From an uncultured Erysipelotrichaceae bacterium (GTDB lineage: Bacteria > Bacillota_I > Bacilli_A > RF39 > UBA660), in assembly GCA_902775285.1 (NCBI GenBank), contig CACYLI010000002.1:168916-232915 (forward strand): a stretch of DNA of 64,000 nucleotides. Direction: 5' to 3'. Below the pieces are notes generated by a model, which was not told the DNA's origin, did not search any database, and saw nothing but the letters and a program-made list of their open reading frames with translations. Made by a program: the position numbers and the translations under genes. Below, in pieces: positions 9,065-19,603 of the stretch. The stretch's first letter is position 1, and each line of letters begins with the position of its first letter.

Positions 9065-10465
9065 TTAAGCTTTTTTATTTTTAATTTTTAAAACTAAAAT
9101 TTCTTCAATTATGAATGATAATACAACACCTACATATAGAGGAATACTATCAGCCATATATTCAGGAGTAAAGTCTCCAAATAAAGTAAATACAATTCCA
9201 AGAACTAAAATTACAAATGGTATAATAGCTGCAATTTTAACAACTACATCACTACCTGGAACTTTATATACTCTCTTAGTAGCTTTATCTTCTTTTCTTA
9301 GTTTTATAAATGCTAAGAACATTGGAGCATAACTAATTAATAAAGTAATCCAACTTAAACAGAAGAATAAACTAAAGTTTGCACCAGCATCTTCACTAAT
9401 TAAATTAGCAATTATTCCACCAATACAAATTACTGAAGCAACAATTCCATTCATAATAGATGCTTTATATGGAACACCTTCACTATTAGTTTCACTAAAT
9501 ACTTTTGGCATACTTCCATCATCAGCAGCATATTTTGCTACTTCATTAACACCAAATGACCAAGAAGCAATATTAGCAATAAATGTATAAATAAACATAA
9601 ATCCAGCTATTATTACAATTGTTTTAATTGCACCTGCACTAATACCAACACTAGTAAATAATGCATTTAAAACCTCTACTACATTTTCTGGGTCCATTTC
9701 AGCAACTACATCTGGATCTAAAGCAATATTAAATCCTGTAGCTGGAAGTACATAAAATACTGCCATTAATAAACCACCAAAAATTAATGCTTTTGGAATA
9801 TCCTTTTTAGGATTGTCCATATCATCTACCCAAGTTCCAACAACTTCAAATCCCATAAAGTTGAATAAGATAATTGAAATAAATGATAAATTTTCTAAAT
9901 TTAGTGCTGGGAATAAATCACTAACACTAGTTATTGGATTTGCACTATGTCCAGTTTTAATAACTGTATAGATACCTAAAAGTCCAATTCCAAGTAATAA
10001 AATAATTTTAAAAGCAGTTCCTAGGTTAACTATGAATTTACTTTCTCCAATTCTTTTAGTACCAAGGAATGTAACTAACCATACATATGCAAGTTGAATA
10101 ATTAATAATGCAATAATGCTTAATTCAATATCAAACATTCCACAAATGATATCAGTAATTGCAACTGCAAGTGAAGATATCCAAAGTGGGAAGTTTACCC
10201 AATAATTCCAAGCAACACGACCAGCCCATTTAGGACCAAAAGCACGTTTTACCCAATCATACATACCACCTTCACTTGGATAAGCAGTACCAAGTTCAGC
10301 AGTAATCATACCATATGGTAAACAGAATCCAACTAATAGTAAAATCCACCAAAAATATTGAGTGTTTCCAATAGCTGCAGTTGGCATAACAGATTCACAA
10401 ACTAAAGTTAAGCAAACTGTTCCTAAAATGGCATCAAATAATTTAAATTTCTTTTTCTTTTCCAT
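9065..10465 (-). CDS. aguD: APC-family amino acid/polyamine permease, likely agmatine:putrescine antiporter
   Basis: 466 aa with about 12 TM segments and APC-type sequence. It sits between ptcA and aguA, as in known agmatine deiminase clusters. Confidence 0.7.
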   Translation of the reverse strand: MEKKKKFKLFDAILGTVCLTLVCESVMPTAAIGNTQYFWWILLLVGFCLPYGMITAELGTAYPSEGGMYDWVKRAFGPKWAGRVAWNYWVNFPLWISSLAVAITDIICGMFDIELSIIALLIIQLAYVWLVTFLGTKRIGESKFIVNLGTAFKIILLLGIGLLGIYTVIKTGHSANPITSVSDLFPALNLENLSFISIILFNFMGFEVVGTWVDDMDNPKKDIPKALIFGGLLMAVFYVLPATGFNIALDPDVVAEMDPENVVEVLNALFTSVGISAGAIKTIVIIAGFMFIYTFIANIASWSFGVNEVAKYAADDGSMPKVFSETNSEGVPYKASIMNGIVASVICIGGIIANLISEDAGANFSLFFCLSWITLLISYAPMFLAFIKLRKEDKATKRVYKVPGSDVVVKIAAIIPFVILVLGIVFTLFGDFTPEYMADSIPLYVGVVLSFIIEEILVLKIKNKKA

Positions 10466-10475
10466 TTTCTCCTAC

Positions 10476-11447
10476 CTATTTTCCTTCTATAATTTTTAAT
10501 GTTTCTTTTTCTTTACCCATAAAATATACAAGTAATGCTCTCATAGCAGTTAACCTATTTTCTGCTTCATCAAATACAACAGAATATTTTGAATCCATTA
10601 CTTCATCTGTAACTTCTTCACCTCTTGTAGCTGGAAGACAATGCATAAATTTAACATTTGGACTAGCCTTTTTAATTTTATCCATATTTACTTGATACTT
10701 AGGATAGAAAATTTTCATTCTCTCTTCCTCAGGTAATTCTGATTCATATAATCCATACCAAACATCAGTATATATAAAATCTGCATCTTTTAGAGCTTCA
10801 TCTTCATCCTCAGTAATTAAGAATGTACCACCAGATTTCTTACAATTTTCTTTACAAATATCTTGAAAATGTTTATTTAGTTGGAATCCTTTTGGTCCAA
10901 ATTGAACAAAATGTCCACCTAAATGTGTAGTAAGCATTCCAAGACTTGCACATACTTGAGTCGCATCTCCAAAGAATACAATCTTTAAATCTTCAAACTT
11001 TTTGCCTTTAGGCATATGTTCAAATATAGTAATTAAATCTCCTAATTCTTGAGTAGGATGATTATAATCACTCATACCATTAATAACTGGTACTCCAGCA
11101 TGTTCTGCGAGTGTAACAACAGATTTATGTTCTATTACTCTTGCCATTAATATATCCGTAAGTCTTCCTAATACTTTAGCTGTATCATATAAACTTTCAT
11201 GAGCTCCTAATTGAATTTGACCTGGAGCTAAATATTGAGCATGACCACCCAATTGTTCCATAGCTGTTTCAAATGAAACTCTAGTACGAGTAGATTTTTG
11301 TTCAAAAATCATACCTAAAGTTTTATGATGAAGAACATCTAAATAATTACCATCTTTTAAATACTTTTTGATTTTAATTCCAAGATTTTTTAATCTTAAA
11401 ATCTCTTCTTTACTAAAATCTTGAGTATCAATAAAATTCTTTGCCAA
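10476..11447 (-). CDS. ptcA: Putrescine carbamoyltransferase (ATC/OTC-fold transcarbamylase)
   Basis: [13 protein letters not shown] and HCLPA transcarbamylase motifs. The ornithine SMG loop is replaced by DVWYGLY. Short C-terminal extension. Agmatine-cluster context. Confidence 0.7.
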   Translation of the reverse strand: MAKNFIDTQDFSKEEILRLKNLGIKIKKYLKDGNYLDVLHHKTLGMIFEQKSTRTRVSFETAMEQLGGHAQYLAPGQIQLGAHESLYDTAKVLGRLTDILMARVIEHKSVVTLAEHAGVPVINGMSDYNHPTQELGDLITIFEHMPKGKKFEDLKIVFFGDATQVCASLGMLTTHLGGHFVQFGPKGFQLNKHFQDICKENCKKSGGTFLITEDEDEALKDADFIYTDVWYGLYESELPEEERMKIFYPKYQVNMDKIKKASPNVKFMHCLPATRGEEVTDEVMDSKYSVVFDEAENRLTAMRALLVYFMGKEKETLKIIEGK

Positions 11448-11529
11448 CTATTCACCTCCTTCCACCTATAATTCTCACATATCTACTATGCTCTATTTTA
11501 ATTATAAACATTTAATCAGAAAAAGTAAA

Positions 11530-12528
11530 CTATTTAATTTGTGCCCAAACTTTATCATATAAAGAAATACTACTTCCAATATTTTTTACATATGTAGAAT
11601 TCTTTAATACATTTAACAACTCTTCTGTTTTCATATTAATTCCACTAATTGTTGTATTTATATATGGATACTCTTCTGTTATTTTTTTATTTATATCTTC
11701 TCTTAATAAATAATCTATAAATTTATAAGCATTTTTTTTATTTCGAGAACATTTTACAATAGCATAATTATCCAAACTAAGAGCAAATCCATCTTTAGGA
11801 TATACTATTTCTATATTTTTATTATAATTTTTAGCTATTATAGCTTCTGCATTCCATATAACTCCTATATCAACTTCATTAGTAATTAAAAATGTTTTAG
11901 GACTATCACTATCAAATGCCTTAACATTATTATTTAATTTTAATAACCATTTTTTACCTTCTTCAATATGATTTTTGTCTATATCATTCATATCATAATT
12001 ATTCGCTAGTAGGGACATCCCAACAATTATTCTTTGATCATCAATTAATACTATATTATTTTTATACTTTGAATTTAATAAATCATTATAGCTATTAATT
12101 TCATCTTTTATATTATTTCTATTTACTGCTATTACAGATGTAGCTGCTAAAAAAGGAAGTGAATACTCATTATTCTTATCAAAATCTTGATTTAAAAACA
12201 TTGGATTAATATTCTTAAAATTTTCTAATTCTTTAATATCAATTTTTTCTATCATATCTTTTCCAATCATTAAATCTATCATATAATCACTTGGAAAAAT
12301 CAAATCATATACTCCTTCATTTGAAGAAGATATTTTAGCAAGTAATTCTTCATTTGAAGAATAAGTTCCATAATTTACTTTAATACCTGTTTCACGTTCA
12401 AAATCATCAATTATACTATATGGAATATACGATGACCAATTAAGAACATTAACTTCATTTTTGACGTTTTCATTTGAACATCCACAAATAATAAATAAAA
12501 CTATTAATAATACTATTATCTTTTTCAT
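11530..12528 (-). CDS. potD: Spermidine/putrescine ABC transporter substrate-binding lipoprotein
   Basis: Lipobox FIICGCS, PotD-like body, and last gene of the potABCD order. Confidence 0.85.
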   Translation of the reverse strand: MKKIIVLLIVLFIICGCSNENVKNEVNVLNWSSYIPYSIIDDFERETGIKVNYGTYSSNEELLAKISSSNEGVYDLIFPSDYMIDLMIGKDMIEKIDIKELENFKNINPMFLNQDFDKNNEYSLPFLAATSVIAVNRNNIKDEINSYNDLLNSKYKNNIVLIDDQRIIVGMSLLANNYDMNDIDKNHIEEGKKWLLKLNNNVKAFDSDSPKTFLITNEVDIGVIWNAEAIIAKNYNKNIEIVYPKDGFALSLDNYAIVKCSRNKKNAYKFIDYLLREDINKKITEEYPYINTTISGINMKTEELLNVLKNSTYVKNIGSSISLYDKVWAQIK

Positions 12529-13310
12529 ATTGCCTCTTTTCTTATTTTTCTACTTTGTATAATAACAAGAGATAATAAAATAATAAATGTAATTATTAAT
12601 ATAATAGAAGTTAATGCATTAACATCAGGAGTTATTCCGGTTTTAATCATAGAATATATATATAAAGGCAATGTATTGCTTCCAGGACCAGCTGTAAAAT
12701 AACTAATTACGACATCATCTAATGATAATGTAAATGCAAGAGTTGCTCCACTTATAACACCTGGCATAATAGTAGGTAAAACTATATCTTTAAAAACTCT
12801 ATAATTACTAGCTCCTAAATCTCTAGCTGCTTCTTCATAAGTAATAGTTTCTTTAGTTAAAGTAGTTCTAACACTAACTATTACAAAAGGTATAGAAAAT
12901 GCTATATGAGATAAAATAATTGTCATTAAACTCAATTCTAATTTCATTAAAGTATAAACTGATAATAAAGAAATACCTAGTACTATTTCAGGTATAACTA
13001 TTGGAATATATATAAGTCCATTAATTATTTTTTTAAATGGAAAATCATACTTATATAATCCATATGCTGAAATAGTTCCAATTATAGTAGAAATTGCTGT
13101 ACTACTAATAGCTACTAAAAATGTATTTATAAATGATTCTATTAAATCAGTATTATTAAATAATTCTTTATACCATTTTAAAGTAAAACCTTCAAATAAT
13201 ATATTCATTTGTGAACTATTAAAAGAATATATTATTAATACTATAATTGGTAGAAACAAAAATATAAATACTAGTATTAAAAGTAAGTTTTTAAAAAAAT
13301 TATTTTTCAT
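12525..13310 (-). CDS. potC: Spermidine/putrescine ABC transporter permease
   Basis: Six-TM MetI-type permease with EAA-like loop EEAARDLGAS. Overlaps potD by 4 nt. Confidence 0.85.
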   Translation of the reverse strand: MKNNFFKNLLLILVFIFLFLPIIVLIIYSFNSSQMNILFEGFTLKWYKELFNNTDLIESFINTFLVAISSTAISTIIGTISAYGLYKYDFPFKKIINGLIYIPIVIPEIVLGISLLSVYTLMKLELSLMTIILSHIAFSIPFVIVSVRTTLTKETITYEEAARDLGASNYRVFKDIVLPTIMPGVISGATLAFTLSLDDVVISYFTAGPGSNTLPLYIYSMIKTGITPDVNALTSIILIITFIILLSLVIIQSRKIRKEAI

Positions 13311-14167
13311 TAAAAACCTCCTAAATCATCCATTTTTCCACCAAGTCGTTTATATATTTTAATTAATATTATTGTAATTATTATTAAAAATATAGCAATA
13401 GCACTTCCAAATGGCCAATTTCTTGCAGTTAAAAATTGATTTTTGATTAAATTACCAATTATCATAATCTTTCCACCACCAAGAATATCAGTTATAAAGA
13501 AATATCCAATAGCAGGCATAAATACCATAAGAGATCCATTAAATACACCTGATAATGTTTGAGGTAAAATAATATTTTTAAATACTTGTATTTTACTTGC
13601 TCCTAAATCTTTAGCAGCTTCTATTATATTATTATCTATTTCTAAAACTGAAGAACAAACTGGTAATAACATAAATGGTAATAATGTATAAACCATTCCT
13701 ATAATTATTCCAATTCTATTATACATTAAACTTAAAGGAGTATATATTATGCCACTATTAATAAGTGCTGTATTAATTATTCCATTTTTTCTAAGTAATA
13801 TTATCCATCCATAAGTTCTAATAAGTGAATTTGTTAAAAATGGAACCATTATTAATTTAGTACAAAGATTTTGAATATGTTTACTTTTAGTTCTTAAAAC
13901 AAGAGCAAACGGATATGAAATCAATATACATATAAATGTAGCTAATATAGCTATTAAAGATGATTTTATAAACATCTTAATATAAGTAATATCAAATATA
14001 TTTAAATAATTAGATAGTGTAAATGTATATATAATTCCACCATATGAATCACTCTTACAAAAACTTAAGAATAAAATATATAAAAGAGGCAAAAGAATTA
14101 GTATAAATGTATATACTAATACTGGAAATGTAAAAATAAATTTAAACATTGATTGCTCTTTTTTCAT
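13310..14167 (-). CDS. potB: Spermidine/putrescine ABC transporter permease
   Basis: MetI-type permease with IEAAKDLGASK. Its stop overlaps the potC start. Confidence 0.85.
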   Translation of the reverse strand: MKKEQSMFKFIFTFPVLVYTFILILLPLLYILFLSFCKSDSYGGIIYTFTLSNYLNIFDITYIKMFIKSSLIAILATFICILISYPFALVLRTKSKHIQNLCTKLIMVPFLTNSLIRTYGWIILLRKNGIINTALINSGIIYTPLSLMYNRIGIIIGMVYTLLPFMLLPVCSSVLEIDNNIIEAAKDLGASKIQVFKNIILPQTLSGVFNGSLMVFMPAIGYFFITDILGGGKIMIIGNLIKNQFLTARNWPFGSAIAIFLIIITIILIKIYKRLGGKMDDLGGF

Positions 14168-14169
14168 AA

Positions 14170-15237
14170 TTATTTCCTTAAAGCTACTATATATTTTTCT
14201 TCAAATTTTATATAAACATTTTTTCCAACACTATATCTTTCTTCATCTGTAACACTAGATTTTAAACTATTATTATCATCTATTTTAATAATAAGTTTTG
14301 TATTTTCTCCACCATAAATAAAATCTGTTATTTTTCCATTTATAGCATTAGTTAGTGTATTTGGAGAAATTTTAACATCCTCTGGTCTAATAATTACCTT
14401 AACTATTTCATCTTTCTTAAAAACTTCACTAGTTTTAATATTAATTTTATAATTATTAAGAATTGAAAGTGTTAAATTATCATCTTTTTGACTAATAACT
14501 TTTCCATCAACTATATTTGCTTCTCCTATAAAATCAGCAACAAATACAGTTTTAGGACTAATATAAATATCACTTGGAGTTCCAAGCTGTTCAATTACTC
14601 CATTATTAATTATAGCAATTCTATCAGACATACTTAAAGCCTCATCTTGAGCATGAGTAACATATATAAAAGTAATACCAAGTTTTTTTTGAATCCTTTT
14701 TAATTCAACTTGCATACTTTTCTTTAATTTTAAATCTAAAGAACACAAAGACTCATCAAGTAATAAAACTTTAGGATTCATAATGACTCCACGAGCTATT
14801 GCTACTCTTTGTTGTTGACCTCCTGATAATTCACTTGGATATCTATTTTCAAATCCTTCCAATTTAACTAATTTTATTACTTCTTTACATCTTTTCTCAA
14901 TTTCTTTTGGATTCTCTTTTTTCATTCTTAATCCAAATGTTATATTATCTTTAACTGTCATTTTAGGAAAAAGCGCAAAATTTTGAAAAATAGTATTAAC
15001 TTCTCTTTTAGTAGGATCTACATTAGTTACATCTTTATTATCTATAAAAACTTTTCCACTACTCACTTTTTCTAAACCAGAAACCATTCTAAGTAATGTA
15101 GTTTTACCACAACCACTTGGTCCTAAAAATGTAATAAACTCACCTTCATAAATATCAAGAGAAATATCTTTAATAACATTAGTATTATTAAAAGATTTAC
15201 TAACATTATCAAATCTGACTATAACATTATCTTTCAT
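14170..15237 (-). CDS. potA: Spermidine/putrescine ABC transporter ATPase
   Basis: GPSGCGKTT Walker A, LSGGQQQRVAIAR signature, LLLDES Walker B, and a C-terminal TOBE-like domain. Confidence 0.9.
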   Translation of the reverse strand: MKDNVIVRFDNVSKSFNNTNVIKDISLDIYEGEFITFLGPSGCGKTTLLRMVSGLEKVSSGKVFIDNKDVTNVDPTKREVNTIFQNFALFPKMTVKDNITFGLRMKKENPKEIEKRCKEVIKLVKLEGFENRYPSELSGGQQQRVAIARGVIMNPKVLLLDESLCSLDLKLKKSMQVELKRIQKKLGITFIYVTHAQDEALSMSDRIAIINNGVIEQLGTPSDIYISPKTVFVADFIGEANIVDGKVISQKDDNLTLSILNNYKINIKTSEVFKKDEIVKVIIRPEDVKISPNTLTNAINGKITDFIYGGENTKLIIKIDDNNSLKSSVTDEERYSVGKNVYIKFEEKYIVALRK

Positions 15238-15356
15238 CTATAATCACCTATTATAAAAATTATATCATTTTTATAATAAAGAGTAAAATATTTATTAAAT
15301 ATAATCACACCTTTTAATAAGCGATTGAATATAATACTATGAAAGTGAGGAAAAAA

Positions 15357-16331
15357 ATGAAAAAAATAATAATATTTTTTATTACTTTGCTATTAATAGT
15401 ATTACTTTTAATTTCATTTAAGAAAGAAAAAAATACAAATGTAATTAAAGTTTCAGAAGTAACACACTCTGTATTCTATACTCCATGGTATGTTTCTTTA
15501 GAAAAAGGATATTTTAAAAAAGAAGGATTAGATATCGAAGTAGTACTTACTCCAGGAGCTGATAAAGTAGCAACTTCAGTAATATCTAATGACGCTAATA
15601 TTGGATTTTCAGGTCCTGAAGCAACTATTTATGTATATAATAATTCTAAGCAAAAATTAATAACATTTTCATCTTTAACAAAAAGAGATGGACAATTTAT
15701 AGTAGGTGATTGTAAATATAAAGATAATTTTAGTTTAAAAAAATTAATTAATAAAAAAGTTTTAGCAGGAAGAAATGCAGGAATGCCTTTAATGATGTTT
15801 GAATATGCACTAAAAAAACAGAATATTAATAAAGAAGATGTATTAATTGATAAAAGCATTGAATTCTCTGCACTTAGCGGAGCATATATATCAGGTCAAG
15901 GAGATTTTGTAAATCTATTTGAACCAAATGCATCAAATATAGAAAAACAAAAATATGGTTGTGTATTATCATCTCTTGGTAGTATAACAGGTACTGTTCC
16001 ATATACAACATTCTATGCTAAAGAAGAATATATAAATAATAATAAAGATATAATAAAAAAATTTACAAAAGCTTTAAATAAAGGATTAAAATATACAAAA
16101 GAAAATAACTCTAAAACATTAGCAAAAACTATTATAAATCAATTTCCAGATACCACTATAGATGATTTAGCTAAGATAATAGAAAGATATAAAAATGCAG
16201 ACTCATGGTATGATAATACATTTGTTAATATAGATGATTACTATAGATTAATTGATATAATGATTTATGGAAAAGTTATTGATAAAAAACCTCCATTAGA
16301 GACATTAATAACAAATGAATTTAACAAATGA
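15357..16331 (+). CDS. ABC transporter substrate-binding protein, NMT1/SsuA/ThiY-like, TM-anchored
   Basis: The listed ORF starts at 15339, but the ATG at 15357 (MKKIIIFF) has a GAGG about 8 nt upstream. The NMT1/THI5-like body contains HSVFYTPWYV. It is followed by the ATPase and the permease. Confidence 0.7.
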   Translation: MKKIIIFFITLLLIVLLLISFKKEKNTNVIKVSEVTHSVFYTPWYVSLEKGYFKKEGLDIEVVLTPGADKVATSVISNDANIGFSGPEATIYVYNNSKQKLITFSSLTKRDGQFIVGDCKYKDNFSLKKLINKKVLAGRNAGMPLMMFEYALKKQNINKEDVLIDKSIEFSALSGAYISGQGDFVNLFEPNASNIEKQKYGCVLSSLGSITGTVPYTTFYAKEEYINNNKDIIKKFTKALNKGLKYTKENNSKTLAKTIINQFPDTTIDDLAKIIERYKNADSWYDNTFVNIDDYYRLIDIMIYGKVIDKKPPLETLITNEFNK

Positions 16332-17064
16332 ATTAATAAGTATTAATGAATTAAATAAATCATATTATTCAATTAATAATGAAACAAAAACATTATCAAA
16401 TATATCATTTAAATTATATAAAAATGATTTTCTTGGAATAATAGGTCCAAGTGGATGTGGAAAAAGTACTATTCTAAATATTTTAAGTGGATTAATTAGT
16501 GATTATAGTGGAAAGATAAACAAGAAAAAAGATCTAAAAATAGGATATATGCTACAAGAAGATGCTTTATTTCCATGGCTTACTATTTACGAAAATACTA
16601 TACTAGGTCTTAAAATAAATAAAAAATTAGACACAAATTCTAAAAAATATGTGTTAAATTTATTAAAGAAATATAATTTATTTGAATTTAAAGATAAATA
16701 TCCATATGAACTATCAGGTGGAATGAAACAACGAGTAGCTCTTATTAGAACGCTAGCTTTAAAACCAGATATATTATTATTAGATGAACCTTTTTCTGCA
16801 CTAGATGCACAAACAAGATTGTCTGTATCAGATGATATATATAACATTATTAAAAATGAAAATAAAACTATTATTCTAGTAACTCATAATATTGAGGAAG
16901 CTATATCTATGTGTAATAGAATAATAATACTAACAAAAAGACCTTCTACTATTAAAAATATATATAATATCGAATTAGATAATAACATAAAACCAACTGA
17001 AAAAAGAAAACTTAATAATTTTAATTATTACTATGATTTAATATGGAGGCAAATAGATAAATGA
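16315..17064 (+). CDS. ABC transporter ATP-binding protein (SsuB/TauB-like)
   Basis: GPSGCGKST, LSGGMKQRVALIR, LLLDEPFSALD. Confidence 0.9.
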   Translation: MNLTNELISINELNKSYYSINNETKTLSNISFKLYKNDFLGIIGPSGCGKSTILNILSGLISDYSGKINKKKDLKIGYMLQEDALFPWLTIYENTILGLKINKKLDTNSKKYVLNLLKKYNLFEFKDKYPYELSGGMKQRVALIRTLALKPDILLLDEPFSALDAQTRLSVSDDIYNIIKNENKTIILVTHNIEEAISMCNRIIILTKRPSTIKNIYNIELDNNIKPTEKRKLNNFNYYYDLIWRQIDK

Positions 17065-17837
17065 CATACAATAATTATATTAAAAAAACAAAAAGAAATA
17101 AAAGAATTATTCTATTTAGTCAACTATTTATATTAATAACACTTATCTTTTTATGGCAATATTTAGCTAGTAATAACTATATAAATTCATTTATAACTAG
17201 TTCACCAAAAAATATAATAATAACATTAATTAATCTATATAAACAAAACAATTTATTTATTCATATTTTTATCACACTAAAAGAAACTATTATAGCTTTT
17301 TTAATAACATCTATATTTTCAATTATAATATCTGTTATTTTATATAGTCATAAATTATTATATAAAATAATTGAACCATTTCTAGTATTACTAAATTCTT
17401 TACCCAAAGTAGCACTTGGCCCTATTATTATTATATGGTTAGGTGCAAATCAAAAAAGTATTATAATGATTTCAATTCTAATATCTATTATTATTTCTAT
17501 AGAAACAATTTATAATGCTTTTGAAAATACTGATAAATTAAAAATAAAATTATTAAAAACATTTAATGCATCAAAAAAAGATATTCTTTATTATTTAATA
17601 ATACCTTCAAATAAAAAAACAATATTTAGTTCTTTAAAAATAAATATATCAATGTGTTTAATAGGAGTAATAACTGGAGAGTTCTTAACATCAAAAGCTG
17701 GTATTGGTTATTTAATATTATATGGAAGTCAAGTATTTAATTTAAATCTAGTAATGAGTGGAATATTCTTACTTATGATAATATCATTTACATTATATAA
17801 ATTAGTTAATCTTATAATAAAAAATAGTTCAAAATGA
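17061..17837 (+). CDS. ABC transporter permease (SsuC-like)
   Basis: Six-TM MetI-type permease. Overlaps the ATPase stop by 4 nt. Ends in TGA. Confidence 0.85.
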   Translation: MTYNNYIKKTKRNKRIILFSQLFILITLIFLWQYLASNNYINSFITSSPKNIIITLINLYKQNNLFIHIFITLKETIIAFLITSIFSIIISVILYSHKLLYKIIEPFLVLLNSLPKVALGPIIIIWLGANQKSIIMISILISIIISIETIYNAFENTDKLKIKLLKTFNASKKDILYYLIIPSNKKTIFSSLKINISMCLIGVITGEFLTSKAGIGYLILYGSQVFNLNLVMSGIFLLMIISFTLYKLVNLIIKNSSK

Positions 17838-17844
17838 ACTATTT

Positions 17845-18513
17845 TTAATATGATTGTTTTTTATATATATAATATGCTCCATATGTAATAATTACCATAA
17901 TTACTAATAATACAAATACAAATACTCTTAAAGATGAAGTACTTGTTTTCTTATCAAAATTTTTATTAATAGAAAAGAAAATATTATTATCATCATCATA
18001 AACAGTAAATTTATGTACTCCATTCTCTATATCTAAAGAATTACTCTTATCTATCATGGAATCTGATTTTATCCTTAAAGTGACATCACTAGTACAATTA
18101 TATGAACCAGTTAATTTAAAGTTATAATAATTTTCATCTTCAGTAAATTCAAAATTATCAAAACAGTTAAAATAATAACTATTCTTAATATTACTATAAT
18201 CATAATCATATTTGTATTCTATATTATATATGTTATTGTTCTTTTCAAATTTACTTTCTTTATATTCTCCAATATTATTATTAAATGCATACATAGAAAA
18301 AGATTCTTTATCTTGAAGTAATATTGACTCTTTTTGACTATCACTAATACTTATTTCATCATTTTCATCATTTATACTTTTATAATATTCATCTAATGTG
18401 AAAGAACTATTAATATTTGATTCTATTTTATCTTTTTTAAAATCAAAATCAATATTAGCACTACAACCACTTAATAAAATAATAATTAAAAAACTATATA
18501 TTATTTTTTTCAT
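17845..18513 (-). CDS. Lipoprotein with an additional C-terminal TM anchor, function unknown
   Basis: Lipobox LLSGCSA. C-terminal hydrophobic helix VFVFVLLVIMVIITYGAYYIY followed by KK. Its start codon overlaps the stop of the upstream M15 gene (TAATG). Confidence 0.7.
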   Translation of the reverse strand: MKKIIYSFLIIILLSGCSANIDFDFKKDKIESNINSSFTLDEYYKSINDENDEISISDSQKESILLQDKESFSMYAFNNNIGEYKESKFEKNNNIYNIEYKYDYDYSNIKNSYYFNCFDNFEFTEDENYYNFKLTGSYNCTSDVTLRIKSDSMIDKSNSLDIENGVHKFTVYDDDNNIFFSINKNFDKKTSTSSLRVFVFVLLVIMVIITYGAYYIYKKQSY

Positions 18514-19541
18514 TATTTACAACTTATTCTACTACTTTTAGTAGTTGAACATCCTCCATCAGATTTTTCAAAATGCATAGGATCAAAATAACCTACACTC
18601 CAATTACCACCCCAACACCAACCAATATTTTTAAAATAATTATAATATAATTGATAATTAATATTTTTATCACAATCTTCTTTTCCATTACATACTTCAC
18701 ATATAAATGTTTGATATCTAGTAAAAGTATCTGCTCCTTGTCCAGCATAAGGTCTATATGTTTTTCCATTTTCTTTATATTTCCAATTATTATATAAATC
18801 TACTGCTAAACCTCTACCATGATATCCTGCTTTATTAACATAAGCACCTGCTGTTTCTATTCTACTTTTAGTAATTTTTTTATTATTAGCAATAAATGAA
18901 GAACAAACATTCTTAAATAATCCATGTATTTCATCGGCCACAGAAACATTAAAATATAAATGCTTTAATGGAGTTCCAGCGTAAGTAACACTACACCCTA
19001 TATCTGTTAAATTAACTTTAGCTACTTTTGTAGTAGTAGTTCTATTTGAATTTGCTTCCCAACCAGTTTCATATCCTGCTACTTGTTCTTTTAATTTTTT
19101 AATTCTATCTCTTTCTTTTTGCTTTAATTGAGCAGCTTTTTCTGCTTCTTCTTGTCTTTTCTTTTCCATTTCTTGTTTCCACTTTGCTAATTCTGCTTCT
19201 TTTCTTGCTTTTTCAGTTTCTTTTAAAGAAGCTGCTCTTTGTAAACTAGCATTATTATAACAATACTTAATATCTGATGATGAACTAACCATATCAATTA
19301 CAGTAAATACTAATGTAGGAATAAAAAATATTATAGCAGCTGCTATCATTTTAGGAATCCAAGAAGAAATATTTTTTAAATCTCCAGATGTAACCCCTCT
19401 AACAGCGCTAATCATACACGAAACAATTAATATTATTGGTGTAACTAATGTAATAAGTGTAATAACAATTTTTACATAATAAAGAATCATTACTACAGAA
19501 GAAGAATCACATATTCCTAAAATATTAATCATATAACTCAC
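18513..19541 (-). CDS. Membrane-anchored M15/LAS-family peptidoglycan peptidase with a coiled-coil linker
   Basis: N-terminal two-TM module (PIILIVSCMI ... FFIP). Lys/Glu-rich coiled coil. C-terminal HGRGLAVD (Hx6D) and DPMHFE motifs as in VanY/M15 enzymes. Confidence 0.7.
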   Translation of the reverse strand: MSYMINILGICDSSSVVMILYYVKIVITLITLVTPIILIVSCMISAVRGVTSGDLKNISSWIPKMIAAAIIFFIPTLVFTVIDMVSSSSDIKYCYNNASLQRAASLKETEKARKEAELAKWKQEMEKKRQEEAEKAAQLKQKERDRIKKLKEQVAGYETGWEANSNRTTTTKVAKVNLTDIGCSVTYAGTPLKHLYFNVSVADEIHGLFKNVCSSFIANNKKITKSRIETAGAYVNKAGYHGRGLAVDLYNNWKYKENGKTYRPYAGQGADTFTRYQTFICEVCNGKEDCDKNINYQLYYNYFKNIGWCWGGNWSVGYFDPMHFEKSDGGCSTTKSSRISCK

Positions 19542-19574
19542 ATCCAGTTAAAATTATAACATATTTTTTCAAAA

Positions 19575-19598
19575 TAAAAAACGTAGATAAACTACGTT
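19575..19598 (-). terminator. Intrinsic terminator after the NPKTG surface protein gene
   Basis: Stem aacgtag pairs with ctacgtt. A T-run follows on the minus strand. Confidence 0.7.
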
Positions 19599-19603
19599 AT
19601 TCA

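Noticed and set aside
10476-11447. Calling this gene ornithine carbamoyltransferase (argF/arcB).
   Set aside because: The ornithine-binding SMG loop is replaced by DVWYGLY, and the gene is flanked by an agmatine deiminase and an antiporter. Putrescine carbamoyltransferase therefore fits better, although phylogeny is needed to be sure.
16329-17837. An alternative genetic code (UGA read as Trp), as in Mycoplasma-like lineages, suggested by the AT-richness and Mollicutes-like 16S features.
   Set aside because: TGA terminates the three ABC transporter genes at sensible positions (16329-16331, 17062-17064, 17835-17837). All conserved proteins are full length under the standard code.
18513-19541. 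The two membrane-anchored hydrolases as VirB1-like conjugation (T4SS) hydrolases.
   Set aside because: The window contains no VirB4, VirD4, VirB6, relaxase or other transfer genes, and both hydrolase genes sit in core-genome contexts. The idea stays possible only if the N-terminal module matches a conjugation family.
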